A model generated the notes under the pieces. It saw only the letters and a list, made by a program, of their open reading frames with translations, was not told the origin of the DNA and did not search any database. A program made the translations under genes and the position numbers. From assembly GCA_000002445.1 (NCBI GenBank), contig CM000208.1, positions 1,024,001 to 1,088,000 of the forward strand: 64,000 bases of DNA. Direction: 5' to 3'. Shown here one piece after another: positions 10,708 through 22,544 of this stretch (the first letter of the stretch is position 1; each line of letters begins with the position of its first letter). Source of the stretch: Trypanosoma brucei. Taxonomy: Eukaryota.

Positions 10708-12005
10708 GAAATCCTCCGTAGTCCTGTTAATGTGCTTCTCCAGTACTTCCACTGTTTTATTTACAACTATCCTTGTATATTTCCCCCCTTCCCTAATGGT
10801 AATGACACCAAAAATAATGAAAACAACTTTAAATTATTTGTCCACCCCTTTCCCCCCTTTTCCTTTACCTCTTTAAAATATCGCTAATGCCGTGTCAAGT
10901 GATGAAGCTACTGCCTGGCAGACAAACAGCGACAAACACTTCTCACGCCGTAAGCGCGAATGTGCAATCGGCTGACTGCTCCATTTGATAATGTTGTTTA
11001 ATTGCATATGATAAAATTCGACCCCGTATTTCCCAACGAAAAGGGGGTGAAGGGAGATCGCGCAACGAAGAAAATAATAAGAAAATAAAGCAGCAAAAAA
11101 AAAAAAAGAAAGAAGAAGTGAAGAGATATAGGAGACGATAAATCAAGAACATAATCAGTGACTGCAACAACAAACGTTCGCGGAAGCAACCCGCACCGAC
11201 AAATGCAATAAAGCTAATAGTTATAACAGCAATACTATCGCACCACATCATATTACATTTAAAAATAACAAAAGAAGGGACTTTGAAATCGCTCCGCAAT
11301 TAGTGTAGTGTTATGTTTCTTCCCATCCACAGAGGACCAAAGGATAATAAAAGCAAAGACATTTTTTTTCTTATTTATCCCTTTTCCTTTAACTGCTTTC
11401 CTCCTTACATGTCAAGCCGAAAGCGGAAATGGAGTGCGGAGGAGGGAAAGCTATTGGTACATAACAAACTCAAGACATTCATCAGCTCTCACTAAACATC
11501 CCCAACAAGAGAATATCAATTAATACGTTCCCACAACTGCAACGATTCTACAAAGTAAAAAAAAACAAGGTAGAAAGGGGAGGGTGAAATAAGGCAATGA
11601 TGGTTCGAAATAAATAATTAATAAAAAGAAAATGAAATACTCGGCGACGCACAAAAAAAAACGCGAGTGGATACGTGTATATGTGTAAAAAGGAAGTCAA
11701 AGATGTACAAAGTTGTTCAGTGCCCAAAACACACACACACACACACAAAAGAAAAGAGAAAAGCACCAGCGAAACTAACTTGTTCCCAACGCACAATCAA
11801 CACACCAATTCGAAGTTAAAAGACACTAAACGATGATGGCAAGGTAACACCAACAGGACGGCTCGCTCCATTTCTAATGAAAAACTAAGGTTCAAACATG
11901 ACACTACGGAACAAGCCCGTGTCTTCTCTCTTTTCCTCCCACTTCATGCTCAGCTCGCTCAGCTACACAGTCACTCACTCACATGCAAGCAAAGGTGTAT
12001 ACACC

Positions 12006-12009
<4 letters not shown>

Positions 12010-12035
<26 letters not shown>
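12010..12035. repeat. (AT)n microsatellite
   Basis: Read directly. Confidence 0.85.
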
Positions 12036-12039
<4 letters not shown>

Positions 12040-12197
12040 TATATACATGGATGCAAACCACCAACGCAAACAAGAAAAATTACACCGCAACATTTATTGG
12101 TAGTCCTTTTGGGGTAATACAACCGCAACAGTGTCAGTGGTGTCGATATTTACGTTCCACAAAACTCCATACGCACACACTAAAACGCTCAGTGCCC

Positions 12198-13637
12198 TCA
12201 CAATAAGTGACTGCTGAAATTCTTTCGGTACCGTGCCAATAGTCTCTCCCGTTGTTTATGACGATTCATACTTCCTAGGAGGAGCAAAAAAGTGAACAAC
12301 TTTTGCGCATCCAGCAACCCCTGTCCACAAGGATTAACATACCAGCGCATGAGACTCACATGTGTACTGTATAATGCATCATCCTCTTCAAGAAGCATTA
12401 ATACATACAACACCACACACACACCAGAGAAAGTCTGCTGCAACACATAATAGACACCAACACCCCCAACATGCACGGCGCCAGAAAGGGAAAAGAAGCC
12501 CATCAACATTTCTACACGCTCATCATTAGTCGACAGACGCACGGTTCCGTAATATCCACCACCAATAAAGGGAAAGAGCAGCACAGATAACAGGGCACTT
12601 AAACCATAACCAACCATGTGAAGCGTCACACAACTGGCCACATACCCCGCTGCGGTTCCAAGAAAGAAGAGGAGTTGGTATTTCCTCAAAATAACAAGTG
12701 CTGCAACGGAAATTGTGTGAAGTATAGGAAGAATATACCACCGCACCCGAAGTTTGGACAACACACCACCGTCAGCGTGCTTCGGCTTCGAGGCATCATC
12801 AACATTCGACCTCATAAAACCGAGTATCATCAACCGCCATCTATTTCCTCTCGTCTCCAAATGAAGCGAACTCGCTTCCACTCCGAAGGGATAAACAGGA
12901 TCACTACCACCACGCCTTTGTGACTTGTGATCAGCAATGCCCTTCAGGTCATGCAATTCATGTGGAACAGAAGGAATCCGCAATTTCAACCCCCTCCACC
13001 CATCACATAAATCACTATGTGAAACACATTTATCATGTCTGCAATGACTAGTGCCCTCTCCATAGTAGTCACTCATGGCGAAGAGCAACACATCGCAAAA
13101 ACTCATAAGAGTCGCGTAGAGGACCTGAGAGGGTCGAAAGTATTGAGTGAGGCAGTTGGAGACAAGTGAAAGGTAATTTATCAGGGCAGTTGCGGCAAAA
13201 GCATTTACCGGTATGCCGAACAGCTGCCCGAGAGCATCATCTGAACAGTGACCACAAGGTTTACTATCGGTTAGGGATTCACTAACATGTGTCTCACTAC
13301 AACCACCTTTTGCAGCGGATGGAGACGCACTACGGTTCATAGTAACGTCATTGCTTTGAAGAACCTCCGGCATGCTGTTGTGTCTTCCGTCACTCACCGT
13401 ATCTTTTGCTACGGTGCTGTGTCCCACGTAGTTGCCTACAAACGAGGTGCCACAGTTTCCCGTCTTTTTCAGCGAAGGCACGGTGCAGGGACACGCGGAC
13501 TTATTTGCAAACAACTTGATCCGGCAGGCAATAGCCAATAAGCAACTAAGGACAATGGACACATCTAAGGTGAGTGCATAGGTGGGGGAATACATTAGAA
13601 ATGAAGTGAAACCACTGACGTCATCTGATCGCTTCAT
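12198..13637 (-). CDS. Hypothetical multi-pass membrane protein
   Basis: Long ORF with several hydrophobic helices (e.g. WYILPILHTISVAALVIL, GYGLSALLSVLLFPFIGGGYY, VCVVLYVLMLL). The ORF-track start at 13733 is TTG. The first ATG is at rc of 13635-13637 (MKRSDDVSGF...). No recognisable catalytic motif. Confidence 0.5.
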   Translation of the reverse strand: MKRSDDVSGFTSFLMYSPTYALTLDVSIVLSCLLAIACRIKLFANKSACPCTVPSLKKTGNCGTSFVGNYVGHSTVAKDTVSDGRHNSMPEVLQSNDVTMNRSASPSAAKGGCSETHVSESLTDSKPCGHCSDDALGQLFGIPVNAFAATALINYLSLVSNCLTQYFRPSQVLYATLMSFCDVLLFAMSDYYGEGTSHCRHDKCVSHSDLCDGWRGLKLRIPSVPHELHDLKGIADHKSQRRGGSDPVYPFGVEASSLHLETRGNRWRLMILGFMRSNVDDASKPKHADGGVLSKLRVRWYILPILHTISVAALVILRKYQLLFFLGTAAGYVASCVTLHMVGYGLSALLSVLLFPFIGGGYYGTVRLSTNDERVEMLMGFFSLSGAVHVGGVGVYYVLQQTFSGVCVVLYVLMLLEEDDALYSTHVSLMRWYVNPCGQGLLDAQKLFTFLLLLGSMNRHKQRERLLARYRKNFSSHLL

Positions 13638-15158
13638 CTTTTTACACAACGGTGATAGACATACATACCACCAGATGTGGATGCAACACCCACACACACA
13701 CAAAAAGGGGGCATAAAAGTGGGGAGAAGCCAAATTGTATTGGGAAGAATATGAAGATCAAGGTAAGGGGAAAAATATCGAGAGATAAAACATGAACTGA
13801 CAATGAATCAGAGCCACGGGGCGACATAGATGGTTAAAAGGGAAGCACCACACAAATTATCCAGTTACATGCAACAGCTCCTTCGGGTAATCGATACGTT
13901 ATATTGACGACGGGGTAAAACTGCAAAAGAGACAATAATCCAAAGAAAAATAACACACTTACCTGCTTATGATCGTTTCGAACATCAAATAAAAAGGATC
14001 AAAACCGCACTGACGATGAAGCGGGTGCTGTCATATGGGCACACGCCATGGAACGCCCATCCCCTTAGGGCTTCAACGAGGTTAAATCCTCATGCACTTA
14101 CACGCTATAAATTGCTGTCCACACCGGCTACGCCCCCCTTTGACTTATATTATTACTATTCAGTATTGGGAAGTGGGAGATAGTTGCTATACTTCATTCC
14201 TTTACTCACTAATAAGTACGTGTTCCCAGTGACCTACTCAAAACATGCACCCGGGGATTGCTCGGCAACGGGAGAAGGAAGAAGGAAAACAAAAAAAATC
14301 ATATGAAGGAATAGATGAATACAAATTATAAAACGCACCGGAGAGAGAAAGAGAGATATAGAAAGAGGTAGAAAAGAAGCAGTAAAAATGAAACAAGGAG
14401 AAAAGTGGGTTTAATAAATCGTCACCATTACATAAAAATGAACCGCTATCGAAAGAATTCGGGCGATTGAGATTGAAAAGGACTATAACGCCAAAGAGCA
14501 CTCCGTGCACGCAGTTTGCTGCGGTGGTCTTGCAACTTCGCTCTTAGGTTTCCCTTATTCACTCAATCAAGTCCCGCCCTAAAACATATCACCACCATCC
14601 ACGTTACCCGCAAGAAACCAACAACGATATTGCATACATTCACAACCAGCAGCAAAAACAGAGACTGTAGACAAAAAAAGGAAAAATCTGACTATTGCTT
14701 TCCTTTTTAACCCTGCTTCATTTTATCATTTTGCTTTCTCCCCCCCCGTGTATACGTCTGTTTTGCATGGAGGAGCGGTGGTCAAGTTGGAAGAGGGAAG
14801 GATAAAACAAAAGGATATAAGCATGCGTATAATAGTGGGTTTCCTTCCCTCATTTCTTCCTTAACTCATCTTCTCCACCATCAACACTTACTTGATTACT
14901 TCTTCAGGGAGACAAATTTCGTTATATTAAACTATAGCACCACTTTTGTTGTTCTTGCTCTCGTTTAATTCAGTTCAACCCCACCAACCCAAACTCCTTT
15001 TCACACATATACAGATACAATACACTGAACATACCCAAGCTCTCTCATCCCCTAGATGACTTATCCCTTTCGTTACGTTGCCTCGTCATCCCAGCCTTTC
15101 CTCTTTTAAAAACAAAAAAAAAAAAAGAAAAAGCAAAAAGAAAGGAAAGAAAGGAAAG

Positions 15159-15162
<4 letters not shown>

Positions 15163-15190
<28 letters not shown>
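15163..15190. repeat. (CT)n microsatellite followed by (CTTT)n
   Basis: Read directly. Confidence 0.85.
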
Positions 15191-15203
<13 letters not shown>

Positions 15204-16084
15204 CTTTCTTTCTCTTTTTCCCTTCTTTTTCTTTCTTTCTTTTGTTTTGTTTTTTTTTTGCCACCGCCAGTGTCATTTTATTGATGTTGTCCTCCATTTT
15301 TTTTCTTTTCCCTGTTTCACGCGAGTTGATGTACCAACTAAGAGGTGGTGAAACTGACATGAAGGCAAATGTAAACAGAAAAGGGGGAAAAGCCGCTCAG
15401 CAACACTAAAAAATGCGGTATAATAAAACCCACAAACAAATAAATAAATAGGAAGAAAAAAAAAGAAGAAAGTGTTATGATACCTGTGGAAGAAGCAAAG
15501 AGTATCATTACATGCTTATTTATTCCTATGATACATCACATGTTTTCCCCTCTAAGGTATAAGTACAAAATGTAGTAGGAAAACATGGCTCAAGTTGAAT
15601 AATCACGACCACATTTTTTTTTGGCAAACTAAACGAAAACGGCCGACATCTTCCGCCACCTCCATGTTTTTTTTTTACGACTACCACACCCACTTCGCTT
15701 CCAACTCAGTGCCAACAAACACAAAATCTAAAGCAAAATAGTAACGGTAATCAACAACGATTCAAAAAAAAAAAAGAACATACAAAAAGATACAATAAGT
15801 GAGCAGAAATGGGTACACATGAAATGCCGCACATGGGACCAAAACATGAGGAGGTAAAAAGGAAAACACAATTATTTATTTTTGTGGATTTACATATGAT
15901 AGACGGGTTCACTTCAGTGGATGAGAAATGAAGAGAAAAGTGACATGTTCCCCCAGAAAAAAAAGGTGGAAAAAGAAAAAGGGGGTATCATAGCAATAGC
16001 CGCGTAAAACACACTCGCGGGTGTAGTCACTTTATTTTATATGTGAAACACACTCAAACACCACCATCAACACAAATATACGTA

Positions 16085-16118
<34 letters not shown>

Positions 16119-16462
16119 AACATAATCCGCAAACGGAGATTCAATATTTCATACATTCAATTTATGATAAAGAGCAAGGGTACGCAGCCAGAGTATACTT
16201 CCTACAATAAATACGGTGCAACAAGGTTGGGAGAGGCACATTCCTTACCCATATCTGACTGTGTAAAGTTGAGTTTCATCGCTCCACGAAACGCATTTCT
16301 TCGCTTACCACTGCGCCCCAAAAACTAAAGAAGTTGCGTCGATTACAAATACGGACAGTCGGTTGTACACCATGGCGGCAACCATCAACAATACTCTCAC
16401 GTGTGTCCTCTTTTTTTTAAAAAAAAAAAACAACGGTGACTTGGATTATGAGGAGTTCTTTA

Positions 16463-17929
16463 CTACCTTCCGACTAACCACGTCATCTCATCCGCGTAAA
16501 CGCAATTGATGTTAGTCGTTTCATCATACGGCTTGCACACTTGATGAGTAGCGCGAGCGGGGTAGCGGATGCCAAATGTAACGCCTTTGCCTTGCTCCAC
16601 GCCTTCAGCAATGGTACCATTCTTGACATTATACATTAATTTCGAAGACTCTTGCCCCTTAAGATATGCACTTTTGTTGTAATCACCACGATAAAACACC
16701 GTACTTCGACCTGGCGACAGCGGCCTGATGTTGTAGAAGTTGGAACCGGTGCTTGTTTGGTCACAAAACCTCTTAGCCGCTCCGAAACCTGGAATACAGA
16801 AGGATTTGACGGGCTTCACAGCATCAATGTTGGGATTGTACATGGGGCCACCACCGGTGACGGCAACTTCTCGTGATTTCATAAGAGCCTTAGCAGCGGC
16901 ATGCAAATCATACGGATGTTGTGCAAAGCGACCGCCTCTAACTCTGTGTGGCACTTTAGAGAGATCATACGAGCCAGGTCCAACTACATCACTCGTAGAC
17001 GGTACCAACAAAACGAAGGAACGAGGTCCGAAGCTAACTCCTTTACTGTACGTGTAGTCAAAGTCAGATGGCAGGTTACCGTCTGAAACGGGCTCTTCCT
17101 TCACAACTTCGGCCTCACTCTTTGGTGTTCGCACCGTCGGTTCACGGAATATCGGTGTGCGTGTCACCGTCTTCGTCATGATGCGGCTCACATCCCCATA
17201 TTGGGCAGGTCCCGGGCCACGGTGAATAGCAACGGAGGGAGTGGGTGGGCGAACACCGAAGGTGGGTACGTCAACGATGAACCGCTTTGTCCTTGCAATG
17301 CGTGCGGCAATTGTAGTGGGGTCGTCATAACTCCCTGGTCCAGGACCCGTATCCGTTTTATGCTTCCTCTCAATGGCTGTAATTATTTCCCTCCCCTTAG
17401 GCTTTTCGTCGCCAAATCGGGGCACATCATATGTTGCGGGTCCCGGTACGATGTCGCGGGTGGTTAGCAGTTTTGTCCGCTTTCCAAACGTCGGTCCCTT
17501 CCCTGGGGCTCCAAAAGTGGAAGGAAAATCATAGTCACCTGGTCCTGCCAAATTAACCGGCGTGATATCCTTTAATTTCCCGTAAATAGAGAACGCGGGA
17601 GCATCAGCTAAGTATTTCTTCGTTTCGCTTACGCTGCGTATGGCCGCTCTACCCTTTGACGCGCTGCGTGAAGGCCTCTTAGGCGAAACGCGATCGGCAT
17701 TTCCTGGAACAGCTGCAACCGGTGGGCGGAGGATTGTCGAGCGGCAGTCTCCAATAGTTGATGGTATACAGTATTGGCCCGGACCTACCCCAGAACCCGA
17801 CTGCCGTATCGGATATTTTCCAAGAATTGAGCGTTTTGGTGCATCAGAAACGGTTAGGTCGTAATTCATCGGCCCAGGGCGATGGTCGCGTAGCCGAAGG
17901 TGCGCCCACTCAGTGAACCCACCGACCAT
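16463..17929 (-). CDS. STPGR (sperm-tail PG-rich repeat; SHIPPO/ODF3-like) protein, likely flagellar/axonemal
   Basis: At least 8 copies of the PGPGxYD motif: GPGQYCIPS, GPGDYDFPS, GPATYDVPR, GPGPGSYDDP, GPGPAQYGD, GPGSYDL. Start assigned to ATG at rc of 17927-17929 (MVGGFTEW...). The 86 upstream codons in the track translate poly-T UTR-like sequence. Confidence 0.7.
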   Translation of the reverse strand: MVGGFTEWAHLRLRDHRPGPMNYDLTVSDAPKRSILGKYPIRQSGSGVGPGQYCIPSTIGDCRSTILRPPVAAVPGNADRVSPKRPSRSASKGRAAIRSVSETKKYLADAPAFSIYGKLKDITPVNLAGPGDYDFPSTFGAPGKGPTFGKRTKLLTTRDIVPGPATYDVPRFGDEKPKGREIITAIERKHKTDTGPGPGSYDDPTTIAARIARTKRFIVDVPTFGVRPPTPSVAIHRGPGPAQYGDVSRIMTKTVTRTPIFREPTVRTPKSEAEVVKEEPVSDGNLPSDFDYTYSKGVSFGPRSFVLLVPSTSDVVGPGSYDLSKVPHRVRGGRFAQHPYDLHAAAKALMKSREVAVTGGGPMYNPNIDAVKPVKSFCIPGFGAAKRFCDQTSTGSNFYNIRPLSPGRSTVFYRGDYNKSAYLKGQESSKLMYNVKNGTIAEGVEQGKGVTFGIRYPARATHQVCKPYDETTNINCVYADEMTWLVGR

Positions 17930-18186
17930 TGCTACTATCTCCCTTTTTTTCACAAAAAAAAATCTCTTGTCAATCTCCAACTCCTTTCTTCGGCCGTAAT
18001 GGAAACATGAAAGAAAAGGGGGGGAAATTGTGGGACATTGACGCTGAGACCGATACACTAAACAATGACTTAAGGACAGTTCAACAGTAAAGATAAAAAA
18101 GGGGCGCCTTTTCAAACATACAAAAATCAGAACATAAGTAAAATTATTTAAAATTAGCGGGCACAACACACACCAACAGCCAAGCA

Positions 18187-18957
18187 TTAAGCAGTCTCCT
18201 CCTGCGCCTCTTCAACAACGCGTGCCTCGCCCTCAGCGGATGTGGGAACTTCACCGTGAGCGGCAATGAGGGCCTGAGCGTCGAACTTGGGTGTACGAAT
18301 AACCTTCACCTTGCGGATGCGCAGGTCACGCAGCGGAATGATCGGGTTGCAACGTTTCGCCAAACGGTCACGCAGAATGTTGCGGGTCAGCAAAGACACA
18401 GCATCGTTGATGTCCAACTTGGCCAGGCGCCGGCGAATGATGTTGGTAGCGCGCATGCGCACCCACTTCACCAGGCGTGTCTTGGCATAACAGTTCTTCG
18501 ACAGCTGATTCTCCTGCTTCTTGGTGAACGCAATCAAAAAGAGGCGGAGACCATAACCATCGGCAGTTTTCGCCTCTACGGTAGCCTCAATTGTTGTGCA
18601 CCACTTGCGCAGAAGGTAATAAACACGATCAGAGGTCATGTCCATCCCGTGAAACTGGGTCAGTAAGTTGCGACCTTGCACCTCTTGAACAGTGAACTTC
18701 ACCTTGCGGTAAGCATCGTCTTCATTCTGAGTTTTGTTCAGATCAGCCAAGTTACCCTCGTACACACGACCGCGCAGGAAATCTGCGGCAACCTTGGTAC
18801 CCTGCGTTTTGTTGCAAATGGTCTTGGCGAACTGACGCACCTCGAAGTTCTTGGGCGCAACTACGTCATACCATTCCTTGCGGCTCATCGCCTCCTGCGC
18901 CTTCTTCTTGCCGCGCTTCCCGCCCTTGCTGATGCGCTTATTCTTCCCGAGAGTCAT
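18187..18957 (-). CDS. RPS3A: 40S ribosomal protein S3a (eS1), tandem copy 1
   Basis: [19 protein letters not shown]...WYDVVAP matches the eS1/S3Ae N-terminus. 257 aa. ATG at rc of 18955-18957, stop TAA at 18187-18189. Confidence 0.9.
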   Translation of the reverse strand: MTLGKNKRISKGGKRGKKKAQEAMSRKEWYDVVAPKNFEVRQFAKTICNKTQGTKVAADFLRGRVYEGNLADLNKTQNEDDAYRKVKFTVQEVQGRNLLTQFHGMDMTSDRVYYLLRKWCTTIEATVEAKTADGYGLRLFLIAFTKKQENQLSKNCYAKTRLVKWVRMRATNIIRRRLAKLDINDAVSLLTRNILRDRLAKRCNPIIPLRDLRIRKVKVIRTPKFDAQALIAAHGEVPTSAEGEARVVEEAQEETA

Positions 18958-19267
18958 GGCTGCCTCAAAGAGAGTCGAGTGTGTAGGTGCTTCATGTAAC
19001 ACAAAAATTATCGAAAATGTAAAGAAAAAAAGGGGAAAGAAACATAAATTGAACAAAAACATGACATGTCATGACACGACTGGCAAAGACCACAAATATG
19101 AAGGAGAGAGAGCACCCGACACGGGCCTATCGCCCCTAGTCCTGACAACAGTAACGTATTGGTAGAGAAGAAAATGAAAAAGAACAACACATGGCACAAA
19201 AAAGCCAATGAGAGAAAACATATGGATACCAGTGCCAACGCTGGAACTGCATACCGGCAGCCAAGCA

Positions 19268-20038
19268 TTAAGCAGTCTCCTCCTGCGCCTCTTCAACAAC
19301 GCGTGCCTCGCCCTCAGCGGATGTGGGAACTTCACCGTGAGCTGCAATGAGGGCCTGAGCGTCGAACTTGGGTGTACGAATAACCTTCACCTTGCGGATG
19401 CGCAGGTCACGCAGCGGAATGATCGGGTTGCAACGTTTCGCCAAACGGTCACGCAGAATGTTGCGGGTCAGCAAAGACACAGCATCGTTGATGTCCAACT
19501 TGGCCAGGCGCCGGCGAATGATGTTGGTAGCGCGCATGCGCACCCACTTTACCAGGCGTGTCTTGGCATAACAGTTCTTCGACAGCTGATTCTCCTGCTT
19601 CTTGGTGAACGCAATCAAAAAGAGGCGGAGACCATAACCATCGGCAGTTTTCGCCTCTACGGTAGCCTCAATTGTTGTGCACCACTTGCGCAGAAGGTAA
19701 TAAACACGATCAGAGGTCATGTCCATCCCGTGAAACTGGGTCAGTAAGTTGCGACCTTGCACCTCTTGAACAGTGAACTTCACCTTGCGGTAAGCATCGT
19801 CTTCATTCTGAGTTTTGTTCAGATCAGCCAAGTTACCCTCGTACACACGACCGCGCAGGAAATCTGCGGCAATCTTGGTACCCTGCGTTTTGTTGCAAAT
19901 GGTCTTGGCGAACTGACGCACCTCGAAGTTCTTGGGCGCAACTACGTCATACCATTCCTTGCGGCTCATCGCCTCCTGCGCCTTCTTCTTGCCGCGCTTC
20001 CCGCCCTTGCTGATGCGCTTATTCTTCCCAAGAGTCAT
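19268..20038 (-). CDS. RPS3A: 40S ribosomal protein S3a (eS1), tandem copy 2
   Basis: Near-identical to copy 1: one V-to-I change (KVAADFL vs KIAADFL) and a few synonymous changes. ATG at rc of 20036-20038. Confidence 0.9.
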   Translation of the reverse strand: MTLGKNKRISKGGKRGKKKAQEAMSRKEWYDVVAPKNFEVRQFAKTICNKTQGTKIAADFLRGRVYEGNLADLNKTQNEDDAYRKVKFTVQEVQGRNLLTQFHGMDMTSDRVYYLLRKWCTTIEATVEAKTADGYGLRLFLIAFTKKQENQLSKNCYAKTRLVKWVRMRATNIIRRRLAKLDINDAVSLLTRNILRDRLAKRCNPIIPLRDLRIRKVKVIRTPKFDAQALIAAHGEVPTSAEGEARVVEEAQEETA

Positions 20039-20116
20039 GGCTATCCTTCTCTCTCTTTGCAAAGAAATTCGTATTAACGCAAGAGAATGGGTTGTAATTT
20101 GGTAGATGATTGTGTG

Positions 20117-20160
20117 AAGCAAAGAGTGAGGAAAAGAAAAGAAGTGGAGAGAAGTTGTGA
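20117..20160 (-). promoter_or_regulatory. Polypyrimidine tract (minus-strand sense), candidate trans-splicing signal upstream of RPS3A copy 2
   Basis: The plus strand is purine-rich (gcaaagagtgaggaaaagaaaagaagtggagagaag), i.e. poly-Y on the coding strand. It lies 80-120 nt 5' of the ATG at 20038. Function is inferred from the kinetoplastid gene-expression model only. Confidence 0.3.
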
Positions 20161-20412
20161 GTAGGTACCATCTTTCCGTAAACGCGTCGGCGAAAAAGGA
20201 ACATCATCACCAAAATAGTAACGTAAAAAAAAAAGGAACGAGATGTAACGGCAAGATATCCCAACGCTTAGCGTAAAGTAGTTATAACGTTAGTATAGAA
20301 ATAAATGCTGTGGAAAAAAAAAAGAGTGGAATCACAGAAACAACCGCCACCTTTCTTAACTCCCACTGCATCCATCGCCGATTAAATTACCGTCCACTTG
20401 ACACTAACGCAC

Positions 20413-21456
20413 TTAAAAAGCCATGAAAAACTCGTGGTCAGCTGATATGCCTGTGGCGCAAGAAGCATCTACGGATGGTACCCAACCGCCCTGCCATGTG
20501 CTCCGACAGCTGACTACCGAATCGATACGGTTCCTGAATGAAGTCACAGAAGTCAGTTCATCACTTTTTACAGCTGCCCCACCGTTAACGTCCACATCAA
20601 CTTCCTTTTTAGAGCCATTCCCACCACAACAGTTGCCCTCGCCGTGGACAACCGTACCAGTTGTTGATGATGCACCATTTAACTTCTCTGTGAGTAAAAC
20701 AAGACGTACCTCTGCGTCTATTCCGGCGGCAACCACACCTTTTCCACAAGCGAAGGGAGCAATAGAACCGATGTCATATTTCAGCACGCTAGTGGTTATA
20801 CTTACTCGCGTCCACTTTCGGATGTCATGCACACACACCGCACGACCGACAGCTATTGCCACTTCAAATTCATTACACGTCGCGCACACATCCGCCACCC
20901 GTGTTGTGGCGTCGGTAAAGCGGCTCGACACCAGAGGAACAGACCGCTGACCTCCACTCATCGCCTCAGTTTGTTTTGTCATCACAGCACCGGAACAGCG
21001 AGTGTCGTACACACTTGCAACGGGCCCCTCCGCCACAACAACACCATGAGGGAAAATACCTCCACATGTTGCCATACCCGTGGGGGCGTGCAAAGTACCG
21101 TATTGCCGAATCACTGCGCCACAATTGCGCGCGTCCAACAGGCGCAAATCAAAAAAGAACTCCCTGCAGCAGACCACCTGGTCGTCTGCAAGTGGAGTCA
21201 AACCACACCAGCCACGGGCCCCATAAGCTTCAGCTCCACTGGTTGATGCTGCTACAACAGGCTCCCAGAACGGATGTTCATCAACTCCACCACTTGATTG
21301 GTTGTCCACACGCCGACGTTTCGCCGGAGGCTCCGCCTTGTTGGTTTCGCCAACGGAAGATGCAGGGAAAGTGGTGACATACACATTACCCACTACATCA
21401 GCCGTATACAAGCGCGGAGTCGGAAACAGAGCCACATGGTTTCCCTGCTGTACCAT
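20413..21456 (-). CDS. Hypothetical protein (beta-strand-rich, possibly beta-propeller-like); N-terminus uncertain
   Basis: ORF runs 20413-21870 but the residue at 21870 is GTG. The first in-frame ATG is at rc of 21454-21456 (MVQQGNHVALF...). The 138 upstream codons look protein-like. No diagnostic motif identified. Confidence 0.4.
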   Translation of the reverse strand: MVQQGNHVALFPTPRLYTADVVGNVYVTTFPASSVGETNKAEPPAKRRRVDNQSSGGVDEHPFWEPVVAASTSGAEAYGARGWCGLTPLADDQVVCCREFFFDLRLLDARNCGAVIRQYGTLHAPTGMATCGGIFPHGVVVAEGPVASVYDTRCSGAVMTKQTEAMSGGQRSVPLVSSRFTDATTRVADVCATCNEFEVAIAVGRAVCVHDIRKWTRVSITTSVLKYDIGSIAPFACGKGVVAAGIDAEVRLVLLTEKLNGASSTTGTVVHGEGNCCGGNGSKKEVDVDVNGGAAVKSDELTSVTSFRNRIDSVVSCRSTWQGGWVPSVDASCATGISADHEFFMAF

Positions 21457-22509
21457 GAGAGAGCGACTCTCTCTGCAAAGCTCTACACAACAGATGCGTT
21501 GTCCTGATGGCAAAGCAGGTGACCGCCACAATAAATCGTCACCGTCATACACTGTGCGACGTGTAAGGCAAGTTCCAATATCTCCATCTGCCGCGATGAG
21601 GCCGGTCAGTACTACAGGTAATTGATACTCCCGCGGTGATGGATCCCCTGGTTTCTCCTCACTGGAACCTTTTTGATCCTCATTATTCCTCTCATCTTTG
21701 TTGATATCACCATACGACCTCACCAAACGGGCGACGCCGAGTTCCCGAAGCCCCTCTACCTCCAAAGGTGGTGCCGCCGTTAAACTGATATGCGTGCGCG
21801 AACCCTTTGGTAAATATGGGCCGTCGAGGGGCACCAGGCGCCTGCTCAAAAACCTTCCGCAGTGAAGCACAAGCGTGAGGCTTTGATGAAGAGGGAAAAG
21901 AAAGTGCCATCAGAAATTGTGTGATGCAAATAGTGCACCAAGCACCCTCTGAGAAATATACCTGATACGCTAATCAACAAAAAAAAAGCAGCAACAGAAA
22001 AGTATACACGTGTATATACATATCATAAAAATACATGGTGCGTAAACATATCGGTAAGGGTATAGAACTAAATTAGTAACAAGTAGCAGATACCAGAGAA
22101 AAAAAAATTTTCTGTCCAGTACTTTACTTTAAAAGTGGCATAACTTAAGTTCATCTGTGTCAGCTGCGTGAGGAAATAACACTGCATCAACAATCACAAT
22201 TTCTGCAGCAGCATGAACTTTAGGAACGGGGAAAACAACGACGCAAATCCGTTTTTCCTCCATAAATACAAATACAAATAGAAATACATACTTTTCTTTC
22301 TCATCTACCAAGAAATACTCATCATCAAACACCTCAAACGGACTGAAAATAAACCATGAATAAACGGAAAGAAAAAAAAAGGAGTGTGAACCGTTCCGAT
22401 TGCTCCGCCCCGCCCCGCCCCGCACCACCACCACCACCACCACCGGTAACATTAGCAACGAAAAAAAACAACGGAAACTCAAATAACGTCGCTAAATGCA
22501 AATACACGA

Positions 22510-22510
<1 letters not shown>

Positions 22511-22531
<21 letters not shown>
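22511..22531. repeat. (CA)n microsatellite; nearby (CCCCG)3(CCA)6 at 22408-22445
   Basis: Read directly. Confidence 0.85.

Positions 22532-22544
<13 letters not shown>

Larger units (their letters stand above)
18176..20040 (-). repeat. Tandem segmental duplication, period 1081 bp, two RPS3A units
   Basis: The identity block starts at cagccaagcattaagcag (18176 and 19258) and ends 3-5 nt upstream of each ATG. Flanking UTR sequence differs between the copies. Confidence 0.9.

Noticed and set aside
17930-18187. ATG at 18185-18187 extending the STPGR ORF by 86 codons, overlapping the RPS3A stop codon.
   Set aside because: The extension translates poly-T/poly-A UTR-like sequence (FFFVKKREIVA, FIFTVELSLS). 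The ATG at 17929 begins the conserved region.
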